64,000 nucleotides of DNA, taken from Anaerolineales bacterium UBA2029 (lineage in GTDB: Bacteria > Chloroflexota > Anaerolineae > Aggregatilineales > Aggregatilineaceae). Of this stretch, positions 45,424-59,041 are shown piece after piece. Both the position numbers and the translations under genes were made by a program. The stretch is taken from positions 10,503 through 74,502 of the forward strand of contig DDBP01000111.1 of NCBI GenBank assembly GCA_002332795.1. Direction: 5' to 3'. Under the pieces are notes generated by a model that saw nothing but the letters and a program-made list of their open reading frames with translations, did not search any database and was not told where the DNA came from. How positions within the stretch are numbered: the stretch's first letter is position 1; each line of letters starts with the position of its first letter.

Positions 45424-46695
45424 ATGAGTTACAACACTCACCCCAAATGGCTCGACCTGCATCACCGTGCCGCTGTTGTGGATATTCATGCCCATCCCGC
45501 TCTCAAAGCAGTGCTGTTCCAACGCACGCTGATTCGGCGCGATCGCAGAATCTGGCCTTTCTTCTGGCCTCCCAACCTGCGCACCAGTTTCCCGGCGCTA
45601 CAAGCCGGCGGAGTAGATGTGCTCCTTTCGGCAATCTATGCGCCAGAGAAACCTCTCATACGTGACATTCCGCTGCTCAAGGTCTTGCGTTGGGTGCCCT
45701 TCAGCTACGTGCGTCGCATGTGGCGAATGCTGGTCGAGCCGCCCTATGTCCAGGTGGCAAACTGGTTGCTGGATGATCTAGAAAATCGGTTGGAGGCGTA
45801 TGCGCGGGAAAGTGCCTCGTCTTCCGAACAGCGCGCGGTCAAGCTCGCTCGCTCATTGGATGAACTGGAGGGGATGCTGGCTCAGGGTGCCGCCAGCCCG
45901 ATTGCATTCGTGCACTCGTTGGAGGGAGGACACTGTCTGCAAGGACCAGAGGATACCGAGCAGGAGATCGTCGGCAACCTGGAGCATTTCTTTACCCGCG
46001 GGGTGGCTGCTCTGACGCTGATGCATTTCTATCCCAACGCCCTGGGAATGCCAGTGTTCCCCTACCCCGCCTATGTATTGCCCTTGCTGCCGCCGCGTCG
46101 GCTGAGCCGCCTGATGGAGGCCATTGACCTGGCTCAGGGCCTGACTCCCATTGGTCGCAGCGTGGTGCAGCGCATGACCGAACTGGGAATGCTCATTGAT
46201 GTCAGCCATTGCACGCCAGCAGCGCGCCGCGACGTGTATCAGATTGTCGGGCAGAGCGGGAAGAGTTCGCTGGTCGTAGCGACGCACGTAGGCGCTTACG
46301 CCTTGAACCCTTCCCCTTACAACCTGCAAGACTGGGAAATCCGCTGGATTGCCAATCACGGCGGGGTCATCGGCGTCATCTTCATGAATTACTGGCTGGT
46401 GCCCTATCAAACCGCCCTGGGCCTCGATGCTATCGCGGCAACCATGGCCCATTTCGTCCAGGCGGCAGGCGGGTCAACAGAACACATCGCCATCGGTAGC
46501 GATTTCGATGGCTTTACCGATCCGCCCGACGACCTGAAGGACGCTTCGGAGTTGCCGCGTCTGACGGAGCGTCTGTTTGCCGAGCATGCCTCGCCCAGTC
46601 GCAGGAAGTACACACCAGATGACCTGGAAAACATCCTGGGGCGTAACGCCCTGCGGGTTCTACGCGAAGGCTGGGGGCGACGATCCGCCAGCTAG
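45424..46695 (+). CDS. membrane dipeptidase family protein (peptidase M19)
   Basis: Motifs: AAVVDIHAHP, LIDVSHC, IAIGSDFDGF, LENILGRNALRVL. Confidence 0.85.
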   Translation: MSYNTHPKWLDLHHRAAVVDIHAHPALKAVLFQRTLIRRDRRIWPFFWPPNLRTSFPALQAGGVDVLLSAIYAPEKPLIRDIPLLKVLRWVPFSYVRRMWRMLVEPPYVQVANWLLDDLENRLEAYARESASSSEQRAVKLARSLDELEGMLAQGAASPIAFVHSLEGGHCLQGPEDTEQEIVGNLEHFFTRGVAALTLMHFYPNALGMPVFPYPAYVLPLLPPRRLSRLMEAIDLAQGLTPIGRSVVQRMTELGMLIDVSHCTPAARRDVYQIVGQSGKSSLVVATHVGAYALNPSPYNLQDWEIRWIANHGGVIGVIFMNYWLVPYQTALGLDAIAATMAHFVQAAGGSTEHIAIGSDFDGFTDPPDDLKDASELPRLTERLFAEHASPSRRKYTPDDLENILGRNALRVLREGWGRRSAS

Positions 46696-46715
46696 CGCAA
46701 ACGGTCAGCCCGATC

Positions 46716-48479
46716 TCACTGGATTTGCTGCGCCTGCTGTTCGCGTGCCTCCATTTCCATTCGTGCCAGTTCGCGCCGCAGAATCTTTCCCACGGTAGTG
46801 CGCGGCAGCTCGTTGACAAAGGCGAAACGCTTGGGCACCTCATAGGGAGCGAGTTTCTGGCTGGCAAAGGCGATCAGTTCTTCTTCCGTGACAGTCTGAC
46901 CCGGCTTGAGCACAATCCACGCTTTGAGCGCCTCCTGCCCTACTTTCGCAGGATCAGGATGAGGGATGGCTGCCACGCCCACTTCCTGAACCGCGGGATG
47001 CTCCATGAGCACATCTTCGACCATCCGCGGGTAGACGTTGAAACCGCCGATCAAGGCCATGTCCTTCTTGCGATCCACGATGTAGAAGTAGCCGTCCTCG
47101 TCCATCCGCGCAATGTCACCGGTGTACAGCCATTTCTTACCCTCGGCGTCCTCGCGCAAGGCATTGGCGGTTTCGGTGGGCATGCCGTGGTAGCCGCGCA
47201 TCAACTGCGGGCCGTGCATGATCAGTTCTCCCACTTCCCCTACCGGCACATCGGTGATGCCGTCATCCAGATCAACGATGCGCACCTCCATATCTGGGAG
47301 TGGCAGACCAATTGAGCCGGTGCGGTTCTCGCCTTTCAACGGATTCACGTGTGAGGCAGTCGGAGCCTCGCTCATCCCAAATCCTTCGAGCAACACTCCT
47401 CCCGATAGCTCCTCGAAACGGCGCTTGGTGGCAGGTGGCAGCGGGGCCGATCCGCTGATGCAGGCATAGATGGAACTCAGATCATACTTACCCGCCACCA
47501 CGCCCGGATGGTTGTTGATGGCGTTGAACAGCGCTGGCACGCCCATGAACAGCGTGGGCCGATAGCGGTCGATCTTGGCGACGACATCGGTGATGTCGCG
47601 GGGATTGGGCACCATGATCATGGCCGCTCCCAGAGACACGGCAAAGCTCATCACCGCGACCATGCCGAAAACATGGAAGAGCGGGATGGCTGCCAGGAAA
47701 CGCTCGTCAACATCCTTGCGGGCCAACCAGGCCTGACACTGCAGCGTGTTGGCTACCAGCGCCTTGTGCGACGACATGGCGGCTTTGGGAATGCCAGTGG
47801 TGCCGCCCGTGTACTGGAAAATGGCGATATCGTCTCCCTGCACCTCTACTGCCGGGCGACGACCTGCATAATGCGACAACAGGTCCTGCAACCAGTGATC
47901 TTCTGACCGCTTGACGATGCGATGCCCTTCCTTCTTCTCTTTCGCCAGCGTGAAGAGCGTTCGGGCAACCGGCGGCAGATACTCTTTGATGTTGGTCGCG
48001 ATGACATGCTGGACCTTGGTTTGGGATTGAATGCTCTTGACCGCTTCGTAGAAAAGAGTCAGGGTAATTGCCACAGTGGCTCCGCTATCCAGCAATTGCT
48101 CGGCCATCTTAGCAGGCGGGAACGTAGGATTGACTGCAACGACGACGCCACCCGCCTTGAGTGTCGCGTAGAAGGCCATGACGAACTGAGCGCAGTTGGG
48201 CATGATCAGGGCGACGCGGTCTTCCTTCTTCAGCCCCAGGTCAAGCAAAGCCGCCGCCAGCGCGTCAACGCTGCTATTCAGTTCGCTGTAGGAGACTTCG
48301 CTGGCCACATAGCCCACCAGCGGCAGATGAGCGGCAGTGATGATGGCGGGCGCGTTGCCGCGGGTCGCCGCGGCGCGTTCCAGGAAGTACTGCAGCGGAT
48401 GGTCGGGATAAGGAGCAAGGCTATGCGGGACATCAGGGTCATAGCGTTTGAGCCAGGGCTTGTCTTGGTAGGTCACCAC
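46716..48479 (-). CDS. long-chain fatty-acid--CoA ligase (AMP-binding enzyme family)
   Basis: AMP motif: IAIFQYTGGTTGIPKAAMSSH. Also GFGMSE, WLYTGDIARMDEDGYFYIVDRKKD, and PRTTVGKILRREL. The track start is 48551. I prefer the GTG about 72 nt downstream (VVTYQDKPW..., preceded by GGGAAAGGA); the exact start is uncertain. Confidence 0.92.
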   Translation of the reverse strand: MVTYQDKPWLKRYDPDVPHSLAPYPDHPLQYFLERAAATRGNAPAIITAAHLPLVGYVASEVSYSELNSSVDALAAALLDLGLKKEDRVALIMPNCAQFVMAFYATLKAGGVVVAVNPTFPPAKMAEQLLDSGATVAITLTLFYEAVKSIQSQTKVQHVIATNIKEYLPPVARTLFTLAKEKKEGHRIVKRSEDHWLQDLLSHYAGRRPAVEVQGDDIAIFQYTGGTTGIPKAAMSSHKALVANTLQCQAWLARKDVDERFLAAIPLFHVFGMVAVMSFAVSLGAAMIMVPNPRDITDVVAKIDRYRPTLFMGVPALFNAINNHPGVVAGKYDLSSIYACISGSAPLPPATKRRFEELSGGVLLEGFGMSEAPTASHVNPLKGENRTGSIGLPLPDMEVRIVDLDDGITDVPVGEVGELIMHGPQLMRGYHGMPTETANALREDAEGKKWLYTGDIARMDEDGYFYIVDRKKDMALIGGFNVYPRMVEDVLMEHPAVQEVGVAAIPHPDPAKVGQEALKAWIVLKPGQTVTEEELIAFASQKLAPYEVPKRFAFVNELPRTTVGKILRRELARMEMEAREQQAQQIQ

Positions 48480-48651
48480 CTTCTGTTTTCCTTTCCCTTG
48501 CGCTGACGTGCTATACTTCTTCTCGCACAGGCAATGTATTCGCGGTAACAATCAAGAGAGGCGTATCTGGGTAAGAGACAATTGTTTTGATATCATTGAT
48601 TTTAAGGGGTGTTTTGACAAAGTTCAACGGGCCTGAATTCGTGGGATCTGT

Positions 48652-49587
48652 ATGAGGCGAGAAGAGCGAATGGCTGCGCGCCAGCTTCCGCTGTTTCCTT
48701 CCGACACTGAGCATGCGCTCACCAGGCACAGCCATCTGGCCGATGCGCATGGCCCCTTCCTGGCTTACTTGCGGCGCGAAGGATGCAGCGAGCATACGCT
48801 GAAAGCCTTCTCGTCCGACTTGCGGCTGGTCGCAGAGTTCTTCGGTGAGAACTTCGCTCTGAAAGATTTCACGACGACCCGCCTGAACCGCTTTCTAGAC
48901 TGGCTGGAAAACGGTCGCGGAGTTCCTTGCAGCCGCAAGAGCTATGCGCGCCGGGTGACTACATTGAAAGTCTTCTTCAAGTTTCTGCGGGCGGAGCGCG
49001 TGCTCGCGCACGATCCGGCAGAAGCCCTGCTGCAGCGCTCCGGCTCGGCGCCGCTGCAGCCCATCCTGACGGAAGGCGAGATCGCGCAGCTTCTGGCCTA
49101 CACTGCCAGCCTGCGGGTAGCGGAGCATCCCGATCCGCGGCCTGATTTGCTGGTGCGCCTGTTGCTGGACACCGGCGTCAAGAAGAGCGAATGTATGCGC
49201 CTGCGCCCTGACGATGTGATACGGGCCGACCCGCGCCGTCCCTACCTGCTGGTGCGCCATCCTCGTCCCGGTAACGTGTATCGCGAGCGCAAGATCGCCC
49301 TCGATCCGGATTGGCCAGCCATACTCGATGAGTACCTGGCGCAATACCAGCCTGCCGACACTATCTTTGACTGCACGGCACGCAATCTGGAATACGTGTT
49401 GCACGATACGGCTGTCGCGGCGGGCATCGCCTCGCGCGTCTCATTCGAGATTCTGCGCTGGACCAGTGCCGTCCGGGACTATTGCAGCGGTCTTGATCCC
49501 GAAGTGTTGCGCGAGAAAATGGGACTGAGCCGGATTAGCTGGCGCGAGACCAGCCAGAAAATCGCTCAACTCGCCGAGCGCTATCGC

Positions 49588-49611
<24 letters not shown>
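48652..49611 (+). CDS. tyrosine-recombinase-like protein (Xer/integrase fold) with apparently degenerate catalytic residues
   Basis: The N-terminal SAM-like core-binding region (HTLKAFSSDLRLVAEFF...SYARRVTTLKVFFKFL) and overall layout match XerC/D. However, Arg I reads LLLDTGVKKSE (K for R). The H-x-x-R-H box reads SFEILRWTSAV. The LGH...Y box reads KMGLSRISWRETSQKIAQL (no His, no Tyr at the usual spacing). Confidence 0.75.
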
Positions 49612-52844
<3,233 letters not shown>

Positions 52845-52850
52845 TCAACC

Positions 52851-53744
52851 TCACTCACTTTGAGTCACTACCATCAGGTAATTGCGCGCTGCCCAGCCAA
52901 AGCGCTGAGGGTCCTCTGGATCTTCTACGCGCCACCATTCCAGGCCGTCTATGGTTTGAGGGCCGTCCACCACAGCGAAGATTTCGTCCTCGGCGGCCAG
53001 GAAGCGCGGTGTGCCGCTGTAACCGGGCGAAGAACGGATGTTAAGCCCGCTTGTGCCGACGCCCACGACTCGCACCAGGACGCCAATCGCAAAATCACCC
53101 GGCGGCAGAGTCGGACTGGAAATGGGAGTGGGTAGCGGCAGGGTGGCGGTGGGCTGTGCCGGACGGATGGGCGTTGGCCACAGCGCCTGATTCGCCCCAG
53201 AATCCTGTGCCGGAGCCGCCAGAAAGTCCTGGCTGAGCGTCGGCTGTGCGGTGATGATCTGCACGCGCGGCGGTTGGTCGCCAGGGATGTTCGGCTCCAT
53301 CATGGCCGAGAGAGCCAGCACCAGGCCCAACGTAATGATTCCCACTACTCCAATCAGGACGAGCAATGACCACCAGGGAAAGTACAATGCACTCTGGCTC
53401 GGTGAGCGAGCGACCGCCGTCCTCTGACGGATGGGAGGTGGAGGCGCGCTCGCCCACGCAGCTCCAGGCGGCGCAGCGTTCACTGGCGGCGGAGCAGTCA
53501 CGGCCTGCCGTCGCTCGTGCCGCTGCCGTGCCTTGCGGGCAGGCTGTCTGGCGGGCGTCTGAGGTGTCCTGGTGACAGGCCTGCTGGTCGGCGGCATCTG
53601 AGAGGCCGGAGGCAGCGGGCGAGTAGGTTGCAGCGCGTCCGTATCGCCCCGTCGGACTGGCTCAGGGGCGTTCAGCGGACGGCTGGAGGGCGACAAGCGA
53701 TCCTGAGGCTCGTCAGTTTCGGGTGGCTGCATCCGCTCGCTCAT
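52851..53744 (-). CDS. Pro-rich membrane protein with a C-terminal bacterial SH3 domain
   Basis: The first about 120 residues are Pro/Ala/Arg-rich. TM: LLVLIGVVGIITLGLVLAL. SH3b-like C-terminus: GVLVRVVGVGTSGLNIRSSPGYSGTPRFLAAEDEIFAVVDGPQTIDGLEWWRVED. The start is ambiguous (GTG 53759, ATG 53744 or ATG 53732). Confidence 0.7.
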   Translation of the reverse strand: MSERMQPPETDEPQDRLSPSSRPLNAPEPVRRGDTDALQPTRPLPPASQMPPTSRPVTRTPQTPARQPARKARQRHERRQAVTAPPPVNAAPPGAAWASAPPPPIRQRTAVARSPSQSALYFPWWSLLVLIGVVGIITLGLVLALSAMMEPNIPGDQPPRVQIITAQPTLSQDFLAAPAQDSGANQALWPTPIRPAQPTATLPLPTPISSPTLPPGDFAIGVLVRVVGVGTSGLNIRSSPGYSGTPRFLAAEDEIFAVVDGPQTIDGLEWWRVEDPEDPQRFGWAARNYLMVVTQSE

Positions 53745-53887
53745 GGGTTTTTGCACCACCTGTCAGCTTAGCGTCATACCACGCTGCTTAGTATACCACA
53801 GCGGCATTCGGGCCGGACGCGCCTTTCTTGACAGTCCGCCAGCGCATGCTGTACGCTTGGCCGCAAGATTGTAGAGTGGAGGCCGCC

Positions 53888-54982
53888 ATGCCGTATTACG
53901 AGTATGTGGGCAACGTGCACGTCCACACGACATATTCAGATGGAGAAGGATCACATCAGCAGGTTGCCGAGGCGGCGTTGCTGGCCGGTCTGGACTTTGT
54001 CATTTTCACCGACCACAACGTGCGGGTCGCAGGCATCGAGGGTTATTATGGTGACGAGGAACGGGGATACCTGTTGCTACTCTCCGGGGAAGAAGTGCAC
54101 GATCGCACTCGCAATCCGCAGTGCAACCATGTGCTGGTCTTCGGCGTCGAGGGCGAAATGGCTCCCTACGCCTACAGCCTGCCCACGCTACTGCAAGAGG
54201 CCGACCGACTGGGCGGGCTGACGTTCATGGCTCACCCCGACGATCAGGCGGTAGCATGGCTGGGCGAACCTGCCATCCCCTGGATCGATCGCTATGTAAA
54301 CGGCTTCACGGGCCTGGAAATCTGGAATTACATGTCGTGCTTCAAGGAGTATCTGCCCGACCGCAAACAGGCGCTGCGTCACATCTTTCGACCTGAGGAG
54401 ATCATCGTCGGCCCATCGCCAATGACACTGGCTCTGTGGGACGAATTGCTGGGACAGGGACACCAGGTAGTGGGGATTGGAGCGGCGGATGCTCATGGTA
54501 CGCGCGTCCGGTTGGGTTTGCTGGAACACGAAGTGTTCCCCTACGATTTTCTGTTCAGCGCGGTCAATACCCATGTCCTCACCAAAGCTCCGCTGAGCGG
54601 GGAGCTAGAGTATGATAAGGCTCAGCTCTACCAGGCACTGAAGGCCGGGCGTGCCTTCATTGGCTATGACATCCCTGGAGCGACGGCGGGTTTTCGCTTC
54701 TCGGCGCAGGGACAGAATACGACTGCCATCATGGGCGAGTCGATCCGCCTGGGTCACGGCGTGACGTTGCAAGCGATGGCTCCGGCGCGGGCGCGCATTC
54801 GCCTCATCTGCAACGGGATGGTAGTGGCCGAAGAAAAACAGGCGGAAAACCTGACGCACGTCGTTCGCTCACCAGGCGCGTATCGTATAGAGGTCTGGAA
54901 GACGTATCACGGGGTCGAGCGCGCCTGGATTCTCAGCAACCCCATTTACGTGGAACCGAATCCGGGTTCGCTTCGCTCCTGA
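53888..54982 (+). CDS. PHP-domain metallophosphoesterase (CehA/McbA-like)
   Basis: Motifs: YVGNVHVHTTYSDGEGS, FVIFTDHN, MAHPDD, GIGAADAHG. The ATG at 53888 has GGAGG upstream; the track start is TTG 53828. Confidence 0.8.
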   Translation: MPYYEYVGNVHVHTTYSDGEGSHQQVAEAALLAGLDFVIFTDHNVRVAGIEGYYGDEERGYLLLLSGEEVHDRTRNPQCNHVLVFGVEGEMAPYAYSLPTLLQEADRLGGLTFMAHPDDQAVAWLGEPAIPWIDRYVNGFTGLEIWNYMSCFKEYLPDRKQALRHIFRPEEIIVGPSPMTLALWDELLGQGHQVVGIGAADAHGTRVRLGLLEHEVFPYDFLFSAVNTHVLTKAPLSGELEYDKAQLYQALKAGRAFIGYDIPGATAGFRFSAQGQNTTAIMGESIRLGHGVTLQAMAPARARIRLICNGMVVAEEKQAENLTHVVRSPGAYRIEVWKTYHGVERAWILSNPIYVEPNPGSLRS

Positions 54983-55020
54983 ACTCTCGCTTATTCAGGT
55001 TCGTCAGAGCAATATCTTTG

Positions 55021-55029
55021 TGTTATACT
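55021..55029 (+). promoter_or_regulatory. extended -10 element of the uvrB promoter (TGtTATACT)
   Basis: The sequence is ctttgTGtTATACTa. The -35 is weak (TTCGTC, 18-nt spacer). Confidence 0.45.
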
Positions 55030-55030
55030 A

Positions 55031-55046
55031 TAGAACTTGCGTTCGG
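55031..55046. promoter_or_regulatory. putative LexA (Cheo-type) SOS box upstream of uvrB, TAGAAC-TTGC-GTTCGG
   Basis: Contains GAAC-N4-GTTC. It starts 2 nt after the -10 and ends 20 nt before the uvrB ATG. uvrB is a canonical SOS gene. Confidence 0.65.
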
Positions 55047-55065
55047 CTGAGTGTGGAGCGATGCC

Positions 55066-57120
55066 ATGCCTGGCTTTCAGCTTGTTTCCGACTATCGCCC
55101 GACAGGGGATCAACCCCAGGCTATTGAGGCGCTCTTGAAGGGTCTGGAGGCCGGATACCGCTTTCAGACGCTGCTGGGCGCGACGGGCACTGGCAAGACC
55201 TACACCATTGCCAATGTTATTGCCGCGGCACAACGGCCTACCCTGGTGCTGGCCCACAACAAGACTCTGGCGGCTCAGTTGTATGCGGAGTTCAGGGAAT
55301 TCTTCCCGCACAACGCTGTCGAGTACTTCGTCTCCTACTACGACTACTATCAGCCGGAAGCCTATGTCCCTCGTCACGATCTGTACATTGAGAAAGAGAC
55401 AGAGATCAACGAGGAGATAGATCGATTGCGTCTTTCGGCCACGGCGGCTCTCCTCAGCCGGCGGGATGTGATCATCGTGGCCTCTGTGTCGTGCATTTAC
55501 GGCATTGGCAACCCGGTCACCTGGGGCAAGGCAACCCTGGAACTGCGCTCAGGCGTGCCATTCCGCCGCGATCTGATTCTGCGTCACCTGGTGGGCATCC
55601 AATACGGTCGTAATGATTTCGAGTTGCGACCGGGCACTTTTCGGGTGCGCGGGGATACGCTCGAAATCATGCCCGCCTATAGCACATCGGCCTATCGGGT
55701 GGCGATGTTTGGCGACGAAATCGAGCGGCTCATCGAGTTCGATCCGCTGACCGGTGAAGTGCTGGCGCAACACGAGGCGATCAAGATTTTTCCCGCCAAA
55801 CAATTTGTCACCGAAGACGATCTCTTGCGGCAGGCGCTGCACGACATCGAACAGGAACTGGAGCAGCGCATCGCAGAACTGAAGGCCGCCGGACGTTTGC
55901 TGGAAGCGCAGCGCCTGGAACAGCGTACCCGCTACGACCTGGAGATGATCCGTGAGTTGGGCTATACCAGCGGTATCGAGAACTACTCCCGGCACCTGGA
56001 CCAGCGACCGCCGGGAAGCCCACCCTGGACGCTGCTCGACTACTTCCCGCCCGATTTCCTGCTGATAGTGGACGAATCGCACATGACCATTCCACAGGTA
56101 CGCGGCATGTACGGCGGGGATCGCTCGCGTAAGGAGACGCTCGTTGAGTATGGTTTCCGCCTGCCCAGTGCCCTGGATAACCGTCCGCTGAGCTTCGAGG
56201 AATTCGAGCAGCGTATCGGGCAGACGATCTTTATGAGCGCGACCCCCGGCCCTTATGAACAAGAGCACAGCAGCCAGGTCGTGCAGCAGGTCATCCGCCC
56301 GACAGGGGTGCTCGATCCCACCATAGATGTACGCCCGACGATGGGGCAGGTTGACGATCTGCTGCGCGAGATTCATGTGCGCGTGCAGCGCGGCGAACGC
56401 GCTCTGGTCACGACTCTCACCAAGCGCATGGCAGAAGACCTGGCCGACTACTTGCTGGAGATGGGCATTCGCGTTCACTACCTGCACAGCGAGATAGAGA
56501 CGATCGAGCGCGTGGAGATTCTGCGCGACCTGCGTCTGGGAGTCTACGACGTGGTGGTGGGCATCAACCTGTTGCGCGAAGGCCTTGACCTGCCTGAGGT
56601 GTCGCTGGTGGCAATCCTGGATGCCGATAAGCAGGGTTTCCTGCGCTCTGCCCCTGCGCTCATCCAGACGATTGGCCGGGCCGCGCGTCACGTCAACGGC
56701 CATGTGATCATGTACGCGGACAAGATCACTGAGGCGATGCAGGTCGCTATTGACGAGACGCAACGTCGCCGCGCCATCCAGCATCAATACAATGTGGAGC
56801 ACGGAATTGTGCCCGCCAGCATTGTCAAAGAGGTGCGTGATCTCACAGCACGCGTGCAGCACCTGACAACCGAGGCAGCTCAGCGAGAAGCTCAACGTGC
56901 CCCTACGCCTGCCGATCTCTCCAAAGCGGAACTGTCCAGGCTGATCCAGACGCTGGAAGCCGAAATGAAAGCAGCGGCCAAGGCGTTGGAGTTCGAGAAA
57001 GCTGCTGTGCTGCGCGATCAACTATTGGAGCTGCGCCAGGTGTTGGTGTTGAAAGAGGCCGAAACCGGTGATCCCAGCCTGACCCTGGTGAAACACAGCG
57101 CCCGCCGCCTCGACCTGTAA
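55066..57120 (+). CDS. uvrB: excinuclease ABC subunit B
   Basis: Motifs: [64 protein letters not shown], and the C-terminal UVR domain [17 protein letters not shown]. The track start is GTG 55051; the ATG at 55066 is preferred. Confidence 0.97.
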   Translation: MPGFQLVSDYRPTGDQPQAIEALLKGLEAGYRFQTLLGATGTGKTYTIANVIAAAQRPTLVLAHNKTLAAQLYAEFREFFPHNAVEYFVSYYDYYQPEAYVPRHDLYIEKETEINEEIDRLRLSATAALLSRRDVIIVASVSCIYGIGNPVTWGKATLELRSGVPFRRDLILRHLVGIQYGRNDFELRPGTFRVRGDTLEIMPAYSTSAYRVAMFGDEIERLIEFDPLTGEVLAQHEAIKIFPAKQFVTEDDLLRQALHDIEQELEQRIAELKAAGRLLEAQRLEQRTRYDLEMIRELGYTSGIENYSRHLDQRPPGSPPWTLLDYFPPDFLLIVDESHMTIPQVRGMYGGDRSRKETLVEYGFRLPSALDNRPLSFEEFEQRIGQTIFMSATPGPYEQEHSSQVVQQVIRPTGVLDPTIDVRPTMGQVDDLLREIHVRVQRGERALVTTLTKRMAEDLADYLLEMGIRVHYLHSEIETIERVEILRDLRLGVYDVVVGINLLREGLDLPEVSLVAILDADKQGFLRSAPALIQTIGRAARHVNGHVIMYADKITEAMQVAIDETQRRRAIQHQYNVEHGIVPASIVKEVRDLTARVQHLTTEAAQREAQRAPTPADLSKAELSRLIQTLEAEMKAAAKALEFEKAAVLRDQLLELRQVLVLKEAETGDPSLTLVKHSARRLDL

Positions 57121-57301
57121 GACCGATCCCTGCTGCTCTACACGGCGCTGGGATAGCAGACAACCGGCGCAATCGGGCATTGCCAACCTGGCGTGAATCG
57201 GTTATCTTTGAAAACCATATGCCGCTGAGAAAAGGCGGCTATGGCTGTTTGTACGTACAGCGCAGCGTCGTCACAGCCTGAGTCTTCGGTGACAGAGAGC
57301 C

Positions 57302-58459
57302 ATGTTGATCACGCGCGAACAGCTCGAAGCGCTTGAGCGGAGCACGCTGGCTCCCTATGCCCTGCTGAGCGGTGAAAGCAAGGGGCGTGAGTATCCTGAA
57401 GAGGAGCCGGAATTCCGCACGGCTTTCCAGCGCGACCGCGACCGTATTCTGCATACGACGGCTTTCAGGCGTCTTGAATACAAGACGCAGGTCTTCGTCA
57501 ACTATGAGGGCGATTACTACCGCACCCGCCTGACTCACACGCTGGAAGTCACGCAGATCGGGCGTAGCCTGGCGCGCGCGCTTGGTGCCAATGAAGACCT
57601 GGTGGAGGCGATCTGCCTGGGCCACGATCTCGGCCATCCTCCGTTCGGCCATTCCGGTGAGGCGATTCTCAACAAGCTGATGGCCGATCACGGCGGTTTC
57701 GACCACAACAAACAGTCTTTGCGTATCGTGACCAAGCTGGAGTCGCGCTACCCAAACTGGCCGGGGCTTAATCTGACTTATGAACTGCGCGAGGGTATTG
57801 TCAAGCACGAGACACAGTACGATCTCAGCGATTCACGTGCAGAGGGGTTCGATCCGACCCTACGGGCCAGCCTGGAAGCGCAGATTGCCAATGTTGCCGA
57901 TGAACTGGCCTACAATGCCCATGATCTCGACGATGGTCTCCGCTCGGAACTGATCACTGCCGATCAGCTTGACGGGCTGGGCATCTGGCAACTGCTCAAG
58001 GAGAGCATCGGCTGGGACGGCAGAGAGTTCAGCGAGCAGATTCGTCATCGAATGATCCGGCGTATGTTGGGCATCGAAATTGACGACGTGATCAAGGCTA
58101 CCGGCGCAGTGCTGGAAGAACTCAAACCCGCTTCGCCGCAGGCTATCCAGCAACTGCCATACAATGTGGTACGGCATTCGGACGAGCTGACGCGGCTGAA
58201 TGCGGAATTGAAGGCATTTCTGTACCAGCAAATGTACCGGCACCATCGCGTCGTGCGCATGGCGGTGAAAGCCGAACGCTTTATTACCCAAATCTTCGAG
58301 ACGTATATCAAAGAGCCTCGGCAACTACCGCCCTCGGTGCAGCAGGCCGCCGAAGAGCGGGGTCTGCATCGGGCCGTCACCGATTACATTGCTGGCATGA
58401 CTGATCGTTATGCGCTGCAAGAGTGGCAGAGGCTTTTCGACCCTTTTACGCGCACGTGA
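57302..58459 (+). CDS. deoxyguanosinetriphosphate triphosphohydrolase-like protein (HD domain)
   Basis: Motifs: FQRDRDRILHTTAFRRLEYKTQVF, RTRLTHTLEVTQIGR, GHDLGHPPFGH, VADELAYNAHDLDDG, DYIAGMTDRYA. Confidence 0.92.
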   Translation: MLITREQLEALERSTLAPYALLSGESKGREYPEEEPEFRTAFQRDRDRILHTTAFRRLEYKTQVFVNYEGDYYRTRLTHTLEVTQIGRSLARALGANEDLVEAICLGHDLGHPPFGHSGEAILNKLMADHGGFDHNKQSLRIVTKLESRYPNWPGLNLTYELREGIVKHETQYDLSDSRAEGFDPTLRASLEAQIANVADELAYNAHDLDDGLRSELITADQLDGLGIWQLLKESIGWDGREFSEQIRHRMIRRMLGIEIDDVIKATGAVLEELKPASPQAIQQLPYNVVRHSDELTRLNAELKAFLYQQMYRHHRVVRMAVKAERFITQIFETYIKEPRQLPPSVQQAAEERGLHRAVTDYIAGMTDRYALQEWQRLFDPFTRT

Positions 58460-58498
58460 GACAGGTGTTTCCAACGAACAGAGCACGAGGGTGACAAC

Positions 58499-58975
58499 AT
58501 GGCTGAAGAGCAACAATTCCTCACAGCAAAAGGGGCCGCTGAGCTTCGCAAGGAACTGGAAGAACTCATCAATGTCAGGCGTCCCAAACTGGCAGCATTG
58601 CTCAAAGAAGCGATCAGCCAGGGCGATCTGTCGGAAAATGCCGACTACATAGACGCCAAAGAACAGCAGGCGTTCCTGGAAGGACGAATCAAATATCTCG
58701 AAAACCTGCTGCGCTCGGCAGTTATCATTGAAGACAGTGATGACGGGAACGCGGCACATATCCAGCCGGGTTCTCTGGTGACCGTTCAGGCTGATGGCGA
58801 GCCGCCGGAGACGTATCGTATCGTGGGCGCTGCCGAAGCGGATCCGCGCAACGGGAAGATTTCGAACGAGAGTCCGCTGGGCGCAGCGTTGCTCGGTCGG
58901 CGCGCGGGCGAAACAGTGCGCGTCAGCACGCCTGGGGGAGTGACCGAGTTCAAGATTCTTGAGGTAGTGCGCTGA
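58499..58975 (+). CDS. greA: transcription elongation factor GreA
   Basis: Motifs: LTAKGAAELRKELEEL...RPKLAALLKEAISQGDLSENADYIDAKEQQAFLEGRIKYLE, and C-terminal ISNESPLGAALLGRRAGETV. Confidence 0.95.
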   Translation: MAEEQQFLTAKGAAELRKELEELINVRRPKLAALLKEAISQGDLSENADYIDAKEQQAFLEGRIKYLENLLRSAVIIEDSDDGNAAHIQPGSLVTVQADGEPPETYRIVGAAEADPRNGKISNESPLGAALLGRRAGETVRVSTPGGVTEFKILEVVR

Positions 58976-58994
58976 GCGCACCCGGCAAAGAAAC

Positions 58995-59019
58995 GGGGCC
59001 TGTGCTGGTAACAGGCCCC
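58995..59019. terminator. bidirectional hairpin terminator between convergent greA and the 387-aa gene
   Basis: GGGGCCTGT-gctggta-ACAGGCCCC. The + side is followed by GACGTTTG and the minus side by GTTTCTTTG. Confidence 0.6.
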
Positions 59020-59041
59020 GACGTTTGCGAAACGTGGTCTC

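Noticed and set aside
46716-48551. A possible frame discrepancy at the 5' end of the acyl-CoA ligase ORF. My hand count of the start codon was off by one relative to the ORF track.
   Set aside because: This is most likely my own counting error over a long stretch. The track ORF is continuous, and the protein reads as a full-length AMP-binding enzyme, so there is no evidence for a real frameshift.
55549-57021. Very long ORFs opposite well-conserved genes: 490 aa antisense to uvrB, 483 aa at 28014..29465 antisense to acnA, 462 aa at 51747..53135 antisense to ligA, 409 aa at 60150..61379 antisense to the ABC permeases, 317 aa at 43803..44756 antisense to ftsH, and 273 aa at 16..837.
   Set aside because: Each lies exactly opposite a gene with unmistakable family motifs. 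Their translations are Arg/His/Gly/Gln-rich with no motifs. Such mirror ORFs are expected at about 60% GC with strong codon-position bias. I found no independent promoter or RBS evidence.
57250-57259. The 10-bp palindrome TGTACGTACA, 43 nt upstream of the dGTPase-like gene, as a regulator site.
   Set aside because: It is short, occurs once in the window, and is unrelated to the GAAC-N4-GTTC motif. It could simply be chance.
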